Shown: positions 7,260-15,059 of the stretch, in pieces
Numbering within the stretch: position 1 is the stretch's first letter
Layout: each line of letters opens with the position of its first letter
Origin: Candidatus Sigynarchaeum calidifontis
GTDB taxonomy: Archaea; Asgardarchaeota; Lokiarchaeia; Sigyniarchaeales; Sigyniarchaeaceae
Assembly: GCA_030587475.2 (NCBI GenBank)
Contig: JAUQYZ020000025.1
Location: 1 to 17,222 of the forward strand
Direction of reading: 5' to 3'
DNA length: 17,222 bases
The notes under the pieces: model-generated
Seen by the model: only the letters and a program-made list of their open reading frames with translations
Database searches by the model: none
Told to the model about the DNA's origin: nothing
Program-made: the position numbers and the translations under genes

Positions 7260-8591
7260 TTATTTCCCCTTGTATCCCCTGAAATCATCTGGTTTTTCGC
7301 GCAAGTCCTTGTATCGCTTGGCCTTACCTTCTTGCACGGGCAGGGTACCCGCGGGGACGACTGTAACGGGGATTTTCATCATGGCGGCTTCGTAAAGGTT
7401 CTTTTCGAGGTCTGCCTTTATTTTTGCGAAGTCTGTGCCAGACTTGCCCTCGACAGTGACATAGACATGGTCGAGAACGCCTTCGGTCTTGATGAGCATT
7501 TCCCAATTGTCCGTCGTGCCTGGTAGCTTGTAGACTTCCTCCTCGATCATGGATGGATACAAGTTCACGCCCTTTACGATGAGCATCTCGTCCTTTCGAC
7601 CGGATATCCGGTCCATTATCCAGCCAGTTCTACCGCATGGGCACTCGCTCTTGTGAATCGCGGTGATGTCCCCCGTGCGATAGCGAAGGATGGGCATTGC
7701 CTCCTTGAATAGTGACGTGAGCACGAGCTCACCTCGCTCCCCCTCGCCGAGAAGTTCGCCCGTTGCCGGATCGATGACCTCGGCAAAGAAATGGTCGCTC
7801 CAGATGTGTAACCCCTTTTGCTCGAGGCACTCGCAAGCAACGCCCGGACCACCACCTTCCGTGAGGCCGTAATTGTCATAAGCTTTGATATTGAGCCCTT
7901 TCTCGATGCGCTGCCGGGTGCTCTCGGACCAGCCTTCGGCCCCGATGATGGCACGCTTGAGGAACAAGTCCTTCACCGGGTCGAGGCCGAGCTCGGCAAC
8001 TTGCTCACCAAGCCGCAATGCAAAAGATGGAATCGCGTGGATCGTCGTGACTTGAAAGTCGATGAAAAACTGGATCTGCTTTGCCGACATGCCACCCCCG
8101 AAGGGGATGACCATCGCGCCAACACGAGTTGCTCCCTGGGTGTACCCGTACCCGCCCGTGAAGAGGCCAGATGAGGTCGTGTTCTGGAATACATCATTGT
8201 TTGTCATTCCGATACCGACAAGGTTCCTGGCGGTGAGATTGGTCCACGCCTCGAGATCGTTGCGAGTATAAAGGCCAACAGTCGGTTTCTTCCCCGACGT
8301 CCCAGATGTCGCATGCATGCGGACTAGCGTGTTACGTGGCACGCATAGGAGCCCGTACGGGTATGTATCGAGGAAATCCTTTTTTTCCATGAACGGGAAC
8401 TTCGTGATGTCGTCCACGGTTTTAAAGTCATCCGGAGAACGGCCGGCTTTCTTGATCTTGTTCTGGAGATACTGGTTATTGTTCCACATGTGATTGATGG
8501 TTTTCTTGATCTTTTCCTCGTGAAGCTTCGTTAACTCGCTCCAGGGAAGTTTTTCCATTTTTTCATCGAGGTAAAGGTAATTTTTTGCCAT
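7260..8591 (-). CDS. paaK: Phenylacetate-CoA ligase family protein (paralog 1, altered substrate-pocket motifs)
   Basis: MHATSGTSGKKPT P-loop, GLFTGG, IGAEGWS, YGLTEGGGPGVACEC, LRYRTGD, CPCGRT, GRKDEMLIVKGVNLYPS, GKAKR. Confidence 0.88.
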   Translation of the reverse strand: MAKNYLYLDEKMEKLPWSELTKLHEEKIKKTINHMWNNNQYLQNKIKKAGRSPDDFKTVDDITKFPFMEKKDFLDTYPYGLLCVPRNTLVRMHATSGTSGKKPTVGLYTRNDLEAWTNLTARNLVGIGMTNNDVFQNTTSSGLFTGGYGYTQGATRVGAMVIPFGGGMSAKQIQFFIDFQVTTIHAIPSFALRLGEQVAELGLDPVKDLFLKRAIIGAEGWSESTRQRIEKGLNIKAYDNYGLTEGGGPGVACECLEQKGLHIWSDHFFAEVIDPATGELLGEGERGELVLTSLFKEAMPILRYRTGDITAIHKSECPCGRTGWIMDRISGRKDEMLIVKGVNLYPSMIEEEVYKLPGTTDNWEMLIKTEGVLDHVYVTVEGKSGTDFAKIKADLEKNLYEAAMMKIPVTVVPAGTLPVQEGKAKRYKDLREKPDDFRGYKGK

Positions 8592-8748
8592 CTAAGTGAC
8601 CTTGCGCTGCTATCACAATAGTCGAATGAAAGATGTAAAAAAAGGATCTCTTTTAAAGTCCGATTCATGACACATAAGACAATGCTTTTGTGGAATGCCG
8701 TCAATGTTGGTATAAACGTGTTTTCAATCCCATTTTCGAGGTTTTTGT
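8592..8748. promoter_or_regulatory. Divergent promoter region between the two paaK genes
   Basis: AT-rich. TTTAAAA on the minus strand at about 8651-8657, TATAAA on the plus strand at 8711-8716, and a GAGGT RBS at 8738-8742. Confidence 0.45.
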
Positions 8749-10086
8749 ATGGTAGACCAAGTGCGGTATTGGAACAAGGAACTTGAAACCATGCCAAGGG
8801 CAGAGTTGCAAGACCTCCAGCTCCGGCGTTTCAAGGAGCTTGCAAAGCGTTGTTACACGAAAGTGAAGCATTACAAGACCAAGTTCACGGAAATGAAGAT
8901 CACGCCCGATGATATCAAGTCACTTGACGACGTGAAGAAGTTTCCCATCACGGTGAAGGCAGATCTCCGCGACAACTATCCGTTCGGGTTGTTTGCTGAG
9001 CCGATGGAAAATATCGTCCGCATCCACGCCAGTTCGGGAACCACGGGCAAGCCGACCGTCGTCGGGTACACGAAGCACGATATCGACGACGTGTGGACGG
9101 AGACCATGGCCAGGAGTCTCGTGAGCGCGGGCGTCTGGCGGGGAGACGTGATTCAAAATGCATACGGTTACGGGCTCTTCACCGGTGGTCTCGGAATACA
9201 TTTTGGAAGTGAACGCATCGGAGCGGCGGTCATTCCCATATCTGGTGGCAATACCGAGCGCCAGATAATGCTTTTCCAGGATTTCGGCTCGACCGTGCTA
9301 ACGGCCACCCCGAGCTTCGCCGCGTATCTCGCCGAGATGCTCAAGCAGCAGAAGGTCGACAGGAAGCTGATCAAGCTCCATACCGGCGTCTTCGGTGCCG
9401 AGTTCTGGACTGAAAAGATGCGGGAAAAACTGGAATCGGCCTTTGGGGCGGTGAATGCCACGGGCAAGTTCAACGCCATCGACATCTATGGCTTGAGCGA
9501 GATCCAGGGACCCGGCGTTTCGAACGAGTGCATCTTCAAGAGGGGTAATCACATCTGGGAGGACCATTTCTTGCCCGAGATCATCGACCCGAAGACAAGC
9601 GAGCGCGTCGCCCCCGGCGAGTCGGGGGAGCTCGTGTTCAGCACGATCACCAAGGAGGGAATCCCGCTTATCAGGTACACGACCAAGGACATCACGTCTC
9701 TCAACTACGAGAAATGCGATTGCGGCCGCACGCACGTCCGTCACGCGAAGATCACGGGCCGGTCGGATGACATGATGAAGATCAAGGGTATCAACGTGTT
9801 CCCCAGCCAGATCGAGTACGTGCTGATGAAAATCCCCGGCATCGCCGAGCATTACGAGATCATCGTCGAGCGGGACATCCTGGACAAGATCAAGGTGCGG
9901 GTCGAGCTCACGCCGAAGACCTTCTCGGACAGCATGGCCGAGCTCGAGAACCTAAAAAAGACCATCGAGAAGGAACTATACACGACGCTGCAAATTAACG
10001 CCGCTGTCGAGCTCGTCGCGCCCAACACGATTCCCCGGAGCATCGGAAAGGCGAAACGAGTCATTGACATGCGGAAGGAAGGTTAA
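8749..10086 (+). CDS. paaK: Phenylacetate-CoA ligase (paralog 2, canonical motifs)
   Basis: IHASSGTTGKPT, NAYGYGLFTGGLG, FGAEFW, DIYGLSEIQGPGV, CDCGRT, GRSDDMMKIKGINVFPSQIE, GKAKRVID. Confidence 0.93.
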   Translation: MVDQVRYWNKELETMPRAELQDLQLRRFKELAKRCYTKVKHYKTKFTEMKITPDDIKSLDDVKKFPITVKADLRDNYPFGLFAEPMENIVRIHASSGTTGKPTVVGYTKHDIDDVWTETMARSLVSAGVWRGDVIQNAYGYGLFTGGLGIHFGSERIGAAVIPISGGNTERQIMLFQDFGSTVLTATPSFAAYLAEMLKQQKVDRKLIKLHTGVFGAEFWTEKMREKLESAFGAVNATGKFNAIDIYGLSEIQGPGVSNECIFKRGNHIWEDHFLPEIIDPKTSERVAPGESGELVFSTITKEGIPLIRYTTKDITSLNYEKCDCGRTHVRHAKITGRSDDMMKIKGINVFPSQIEYVLMKIPGIAEHYEIIVERDILDKIKVRVELTPKTFSDSMAELENLKKTIEKELYTTLQINAAVELVAPNTIPRSIGKAKRVIDMRKEG

Positions 10087-10119
10087 ACGACAACAAGAAC
10101 GGATCAATGGTGAGATAAA

Positions 10120-10548
10120 ATGGTGACACAGATTAGCATCTTTCTCCCGAACCGTCCCAACCAGCTTGCAAAGGTCACGGGCCTCCTCATGAAGGAAAAG
10201 GTGAATATCCGCGCCCTGACCGTCAGCGAGACGTCCGATTACGGGATCTTGCGCATGATCGTGTCGGATCCGGACAAGGCGCAGAAGATCCTTCAAGGCA
10301 GCTTCCTCGTGGATCAGACCGACGTGATCGCTTGCGCGCTCAAGGATTCCCCCGGCGGCTTGCACGAAATTGCGACGGTTCTCGGCGATAACGATGTGAA
10401 CATTGAATACTTGTACGCGTTCGTTGGAAAAGTGAATCAAGCGATCTTGATCTTGCGCGTCGAGAACAAGATGCGCTCGAAGGCCATCGACGTGCTTGAA
10501 GCGCACAAGATCAAGATCTTCGATCCCGAAGAGATCTATTCGTTGTAA
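10120..10548 (+). CDS. Tandem ACT-domain protein (COG4747/BT0572-like), usual paaK neighbour
   Basis: QISIFLPNRPNQL...NIRAL.VSETSDYGILRMIVSDP; second ACT domain DSPGGL...VNIEYLYAF. GGTGAG RBS upstream. Confidence 0.9.
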   Translation: MVTQISIFLPNRPNQLAKVTGLLMKEKVNIRALTVSETSDYGILRMIVSDPDKAQKILQGSFLVDQTDVIACALKDSPGGLHEIATVLGDNDVNIEYLYAFVGKVNQAILILRVENKMRSKAIDVLEAHKIKIFDPEEIYSL

Positions 10549-10595
10549 ATGGTGATCGGGGCAAAGGACAAGCGCGACACGGGCGATCTGCAACC

Positions 10596-10603
10596 TTTAT
10601 AGA
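10596..10603 (+). promoter_or_regulatory. TATA box for the yjjX-like gene (possibly a leaderless transcript)
   Basis: TTTATAGA ends 26 nt before the ATG at 10630. A T-run at 10614-10620 may also terminate the paaK-ACT transcript. Confidence 0.35.
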
Positions 10604-10629
10604 ACCGCTTTACTTTTTTTGGTTCACAC

Positions 10630-11199
10630 ATGCCTCCATCGAGAAGTCCGCTCGCAATGAAACGAATACGCATCATTCTCGGATCTACCAACAGCACAAA
10701 GATCAACGCGATCACCGAGGCGATCGCCAGTTTTCCCGAGCAGCTGGGTGGTGCCCAGGTCGAGGCAGTCCTGGTCGATAGCCTCGACCAACCCTTCAAC
10801 GAGGACATCAAGAAAGGAGGCGTCGCGCGCGCAAAAGCAGCGATGGAGAAGGTGGGTCAAAAAGCGGCAGGTGAAACGATCTACGGCGTCGGCATCGAGG
10901 GCGGCCTCTTGAAATACATGGGGACGTGGTACATCACGGCGTATTGTCACGTGATCCGTGATGATGGCACTGAGCACGGCGCTTGGACATCCATGCTCGA
11001 GTGCCCAAAAGACATCGTCGATGCGGTCAAGCGGGAAGCCCAATCGCTCGGGAGCGTTGTTGAAAAGATGGCAAAGGAGAAAAATTGGGACAGCAGCGGT
11101 GGTGCCTTTGGCACGCTCACGGGCGGTCGATTCACGCGGTTCCACGCCTTGCGGAACGCCTTGATCTTGTGTTTTAGCCCGTTTTTCGTCAAAACGTGA
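10630..11199 (+). CDS. yjjX: Inosine/xanthosine triphosphatase (non-canonical purine NTP phosphatase, YjjX/DUF84 family)
   Basis: GSTNSTK (GSxNPxK), QPF, GGVARA, GVGIEGG, GAFGTLTGGRFTR. Alternative start at the ATG at 10657. Confidence 0.85.
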   Translation: MPPSRSPLAMKRIRIILGSTNSTKINAITEAIASFPEQLGGAQVEAVLVDSLDQPFNEDIKKGGVARAKAAMEKVGQKAAGETIYGVGIEGGLLKYMGTWYITAYCHVIRDDGTEHGAWTSMLECPKDIVDAVKREAQSLGSVVEKMAKEKNWDSSGGAFGTLTGGRFTRFHALRNALILCFSPFFVKT

Positions 11200-11201
11200 T
11201 T

Positions 11202-12188
11202 TCAAGTCGCGATGGCGGCGGGTTCAAACCCCTCGACAGAAACATCACCTGCCTCGCTTATTCTAACTACTTTTGGCTTGATCTGGCGCTCGAACGGGCT
11301 GTACACGACGCGACGCGAGGAAAAGATGCTCAGCACGCGATCGTCGAAGAAAAACTGGAAACCATCATTAAATTCCTCGTGGGCGCGGATGATCTTTTTT
11401 ATTTTCGTGCGTTGTTGGAACTCATCGAGTGCAAGAACCCCGAATTCCTTAGTTTCACCGCCCCTGGCTCCTTTTTTAAAATGAACGGGCTTTTTCTTCT
11501 CGACCGGGTCGTTCCACAGCAGATCGAGGGCAATTTTGTTCTCCGGGTTGAATTCCTTCGGGAGTGTCTCGATTTCCTGGATGCTTTGAATGTCCTCGGG
11601 AATTCCCCCGTGGACGAGAAAAATACCGTTCCACGTGATCGCAGCGAGGGGAAGCTGCATGAATAGCCGGTTGTATAGATGCCACAAGATCACGCCGTCA
11701 TCATGCCCAAATTGTCGTTCCAAGCAGTCGCGAAAGCCGTTTTCCCCGTTTACCGCGGGTATCTCGTGATTTCCCCGGAGCATCGTGACGCGATCCGGGA
11801 AGGTCGCCTTTAGCAATAGTATTAGGTTGATCACGTCTACTTGATGCGATCCCCGGTCGACATAATCCCCAAGGAAAACTTGCTGTAGTTTGGGACCTCC
11901 TTCCACGATTTGCTTTGCAATCGCCAGCGCTGCGGCGATATCGCCGTGCATGTCCCCGATGACGATGGTCTCAGCGGCACGCAATTGAACAAGGGCGTGT
12001 TCGATCGCCAGGATATCTTCCACCTTGTATATCAACGTCTTGACGTCTGCTATCGAGATGGAACGCAGCTGTGCGAATAGCTCCTCGTGGGAGAGCGGCT
12101 CCTCGGCGAAGCGATTGATGATCATGGAAAGCCTCTGCAATGGTAAGAAGTCGAGCGAATCAAGAAAGTTTTTGTGTGCATCCTTCAT
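11202..12188 (-). CDS. PPP-family Ser/Thr protein phosphatase (PP1/PP2A-like metallophosphoesterase)
   Basis: Complete PPP motif set: GDMHG, FLGDYVDRG, LRGNHE, VHGGI, DLLWNDP, RG....FG, IIRAHE, LSIFS. Confidence 0.93.
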   Translation of the reverse strand: MKDAHKNFLDSLDFLPLQRLSMIINRFAEEPLSHEELFAQLRSISIADVKTLIYKVEDILAIEHALVQLRAAETIVIGDMHGDIAAALAIAKQIVEGGPKLQQVFLGDYVDRGSHQVDVINLILLLKATFPDRVTMLRGNHEIPAVNGENGFRDCLERQFGHDDGVILWHLYNRLFMQLPLAAITWNGIFLVHGGIPEDIQSIQEIETLPKEFNPENKIALDLLWNDPVEKKKPVHFKKGARGGETKEFGVLALDEFQQRTKIKKIIRAHEEFNDGFQFFFDDRVLSIFSSRRVVYSPFERQIKPKVVRISEAGDVSVEGFEPAAIAT

Positions 12189-12247
12189 TTGTTTGTTTCG
12201 AGACTTGCTTCTTTCAGAATCTAAAAACTAACGATCACGTGCTCATC

Positions 12248-13216
12248 ATGGGCTGGTTCGATTTTTTAAAAAAAAACAAGAAAAAAGAAGGCGAGGATCC
12301 GAAGGGCACCCCTGCGAGCAACGATGATGTCGATCAGGTAGAAAAGGGGAAATCACCACTAAACTTGGATGCCAACGCCGAGGCAACCATGCAAAGGGAG
12401 GCAATCTTGCTCCAGATCCTCGACGGATTGTACGACAACCCGATTAAATTCATGTTACAAAAGCGCGCCAAGGTGGAGATTTTAAAGCACTTGACCACGT
12501 TCCTGGACTCCCGTCCCGCTGCAAAGGAATTCTGGACGAAGGAAGGAAAGGATATAATCGCCACGGTCAGCAATTTGCTCGATGACGCGGATAAATTCGC
12601 CTACGAAAAGGGCTTGCGGATGTCTCCGCAGAAGCAATCCTTGATCGTCAACGTTGCCATGCTTGGCGGCGTGGTCGCGCTCTTCATCCTCATGTACACG
12701 ATCCCGGATGATAATGTTAGAACAATTCTCACGAGCTCGATGATTTACGTTTTGTGCGCGCTGTGCTGCATCCCGCAGTTGCTCCAGAAATTCCTGAACT
12801 CGAAGTACATGAAATTCCAGGCAGCGAATGCGCCCGAATTCACCAAGAGAGTGACATCCCGCTTGGAGATCCTGCACGACATGGTGCAATACCTGTTGAC
12901 GGACATACGAGAGACCTTGCTCACCGCGGGCAACGACGTGTCGAACATCCGCTTCCAGCTGTGGAACAGCGATTACAAGGACATCAAGGTGCTCGATTCC
13001 AAGGTGGTTCCGGGGATGGCCAAGACGGTCTATATAGTACGGTTCACGAAAGACGTCGAGGACGAGAACGAGCCTGAAATGCCGCCAGCGAGCGGTCCCG
13101 ATTCAGATGTCGATTTCGAGACCGATCCAAGAAATGCGAAGGTTGACAAGGAAAACATCGATGCAGACGAAAAAGATGACAATGACATCGATGAGAATTC
13201 CTCGGGACCGGATTAA
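12248..13216 (+). CDS. Hypothetical 2-TM membrane protein with an amphipathic/basic N-terminus and an acidic C-terminal tail
   Basis: Start taken as the ATG at 12248 (MGWFDFLKKNKKK), because the longer ORF from 12140 overlaps the phosphatase. Helical-hairpin TMs and a D/E-rich tail. Confidence 0.75.
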   Translation: MGWFDFLKKNKKKEGEDPKGTPASNDDVDQVEKGKSPLNLDANAEATMQREAILLQILDGLYDNPIKFMLQKRAKVEILKHLTTFLDSRPAAKEFWTKEGKDIIATVSNLLDDADKFAYEKGLRMSPQKQSLIVNVAMLGGVVALFILMYTIPDDNVRTILTSSMIYVLCALCCIPQLLQKFLNSKYMKFQAANAPEFTKRVTSRLEILHDMVQYLLTDIRETLLTAGNDVSNIRFQLWNSDYKDIKVLDSKVVPGMAKTVYIVRFTKDVEDENEPEMPPASGPDSDVDFETDPRNAKVDKENIDADEKDDNDIDENSSGPD

Positions 13217-13389
13217 AACTATCCCTTGATAAATCTGCTTGAAAATTTCCTCACTCCGCCTGATTTTTTCTAACTTGTTGATCCCTTGGTAACATAATTG
13301 GTGCTCAAGTAGTTTTTTTCCCAACGATCGGGTTTTATGCTCCCAGCATGCGATTATATTAAAACTACTACCTTGCATGGTGAAGGCTT

Positions 13390-14970
13390 GTGAACGAGCG
13401 CGATGATGATGTCCCCCCGAAAATCAAAGAAAAAGACGTGAAGAACCAGGATTCGAGGGATGACGGGACCGCTACAAAAAGAACAAGTGTTCGGGCCGAT
13501 TTTTTAGGCGTGTTGCTGATCTTTCCCCTCGTGTTGCTCGCGTCCTCCGATGGTGCCTTGTTGGTGGGCAACGAGGTGATGATCATGGCGGATTTGAACG
13601 TGAATGTCGTCATCTTCGGCTTTATCATCGGGCTCGGGATCTTGTCAGGCGGGATTGCAACTTTCACCTTCGGTTATCTCTCCGACAAGAGCTCGCGAAA
13701 GGTTCTCCTTCTCGTCGGGGGAACCACGTGGAGCTGTGCCACCTTGCTGATGAGCATGGCCCCGAACAGCACCGTGTTATTCATAATTCGCATTCTAGCC
13801 ACCATTGGAAATGGAGCAATAACGCCCGTCGTGTTCTCGTTGCTAAGCGACATGTTCCCATCGGAAAAGCGGAGTAACTCGTTCGCGTGGTGGGGTATCG
13901 CGAGCTTGATCGGGAGCCTCGCTGGAGGCTCGATCGCGCTCGCGTTCAACCGCATCCCCTTCGATACGATCATTGGCTGGGATGACATGGACTTGCTCGC
14001 GAAGATGCACTATCTGCAGCTGAATTATCCAGACCTGGTGTCTCTGTGGCGGATGCCCTTCATCCTCACGGGCATTCTCGGCCTGGCATTCGTCGGCCTG
14101 GTGTTCCTGGTCAAGGAACCGAAGCGCGGCGCTCGCGACAAGCAATTGAGGGATGCACTGTCCAAGGAGGAATTGCATTACTCGTACAAGATCAAGCGTT
14201 CGGATCTAAAATATATCTTCACGCGCAAGTCGAATTTCTGGTTGATCTTCAATTTTCTCGATGTCGTCGTCTCGGGCTTCTTCATCGCAAACATCTTGCT
14301 TTATATCCAAGTGGAAATGCAATTTTCCTTCACGGACATAGAATCCATTGCCCAGATCCTGCTTATGATCGTTCCCGCCGTCGTTCTCGGCCTGTTCGGA
14401 CAATTTTATTTTGCAAAAGTGGGTGACAAGCGGGTCGAGCGTGGTGACCCGGCAGGGCGAGTGAAAGTAGCAATAATGGGCGGCTTGTTGCACATTCCAT
14501 TCTTCGTCGCTGCTTTTCTCTTTTCCCCGTTTAAGGGAAACGGCACGTTCTTCCTCGGTTCCCTGGCCGTGCCGAGCTGGGGCTTCTGGTTGATAATGCC
14601 GATCGCCGGCGTCGTTCTCGGCATCGGGCTAATGTATTCATTCGCTATTGCCCCGAACTGGTATGCAAGCCTCATCGACGTGAACTTGCCCGAGCACCGC
14701 AGCACCATGATCGCCACTGCCTCGTTTCTCGACACGATCGGGCGGTCGTTCGGCTCCATCATGGGTGGTTTCTTCATTAGCTTCTTCGATTCGACAGGCA
14801 CGCATTATAGCATCTCCCTCTCTATCATCTGGATGACTCTCGTTTTCGGCGGGATCTCGGGCTTGATGTGGATCCCGATATACAAATATTGCAACGATGA
14901 TTTCTCGTATATCCAGCGCGTTCTGGAGAAACGGGGGAATGAACTAAGGGATCGGGTTGAAAGTAAATAG
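13390..14970 (+). CDS. MFS transporter (spinster-like/MFS_1)
   Basis: MFS motif A (GYLSDKSSRK), SLLSDMFPSEKRS, WRMPF, DVNLPEHRST, about 12 TMs. GTG start preceded by GGTGAAGG. Confidence 0.9.
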   Translation: MNERDDDVPPKIKEKDVKNQDSRDDGTATKRTSVRADFLGVLLIFPLVLLASSDGALLVGNEVMIMADLNVNVVIFGFIIGLGILSGGIATFTFGYLSDKSSRKVLLLVGGTTWSCATLLMSMAPNSTVLFIIRILATIGNGAITPVVFSLLSDMFPSEKRSNSFAWWGIASLIGSLAGGSIALAFNRIPFDTIIGWDDMDLLAKMHYLQLNYPDLVSLWRMPFILTGILGLAFVGLVFLVKEPKRGARDKQLRDALSKEELHYSYKIKRSDLKYIFTRKSNFWLIFNFLDVVVSGFFIANILLYIQVEMQFSFTDIESIAQILLMIVPAVVLGLFGQFYFAKVGDKRVERGDPAGRVKVAIMGGLLHIPFFVAAFLFSPFKGNGTFFLGSLAVPSWGFWLIMPIAGVVLGIGLMYSFAIAPNWYASLIDVNLPEHRSTMIATASFLDTIGRSFGSIMGGFFISFFDSTGTHYSISLSIIWMTLVFGGISGLMWIPIYKYCNDDFSYIQRVLEKRGNELRDRVESK

Positions 14971-14996
14971 TTTTAAATCCGCGACTTTAATATTTT

Positions 14997-15059
14997 TTAC
15001 AATATAAGTGACTTGCTATTTTTAACAATGAATTCTTGATTACAATATAGGTGAATTGC
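14997..15059 (+). repeat. Imperfect 20-bp direct repeat (18/20) upstream of the double-Lrp gene, probable operator
   Basis: TTACAATATAAGTGACTTGC (14997-15016) and TTACAATATAGGTGAATTGC (15040-15059). Confidence 0.75.

Noticed and set aside
11214-11235. GGGTTCAAACCC tRNA-like motif
   Set aside because: It lies inside the phosphatase CDS (antisense) and forms no cloverleaf.
12140-12247. N-terminal extension of ORF 12140..13216
   Set aside because: It overlaps the phosphatase start head-to-head; the ATG at 12248 is more plausible.
12248-13216. PP1-docking RVxF motif in the membrane protein next to the phosphatase
   Set aside because: The candidates (YIVRF, NIRF, PIKF) lack the required preceding K/R.
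13221-13288. ATCCCTTG repeated twice upstream of the MFS gene
   Set aside because: Only 8 bp, compatible with chance.
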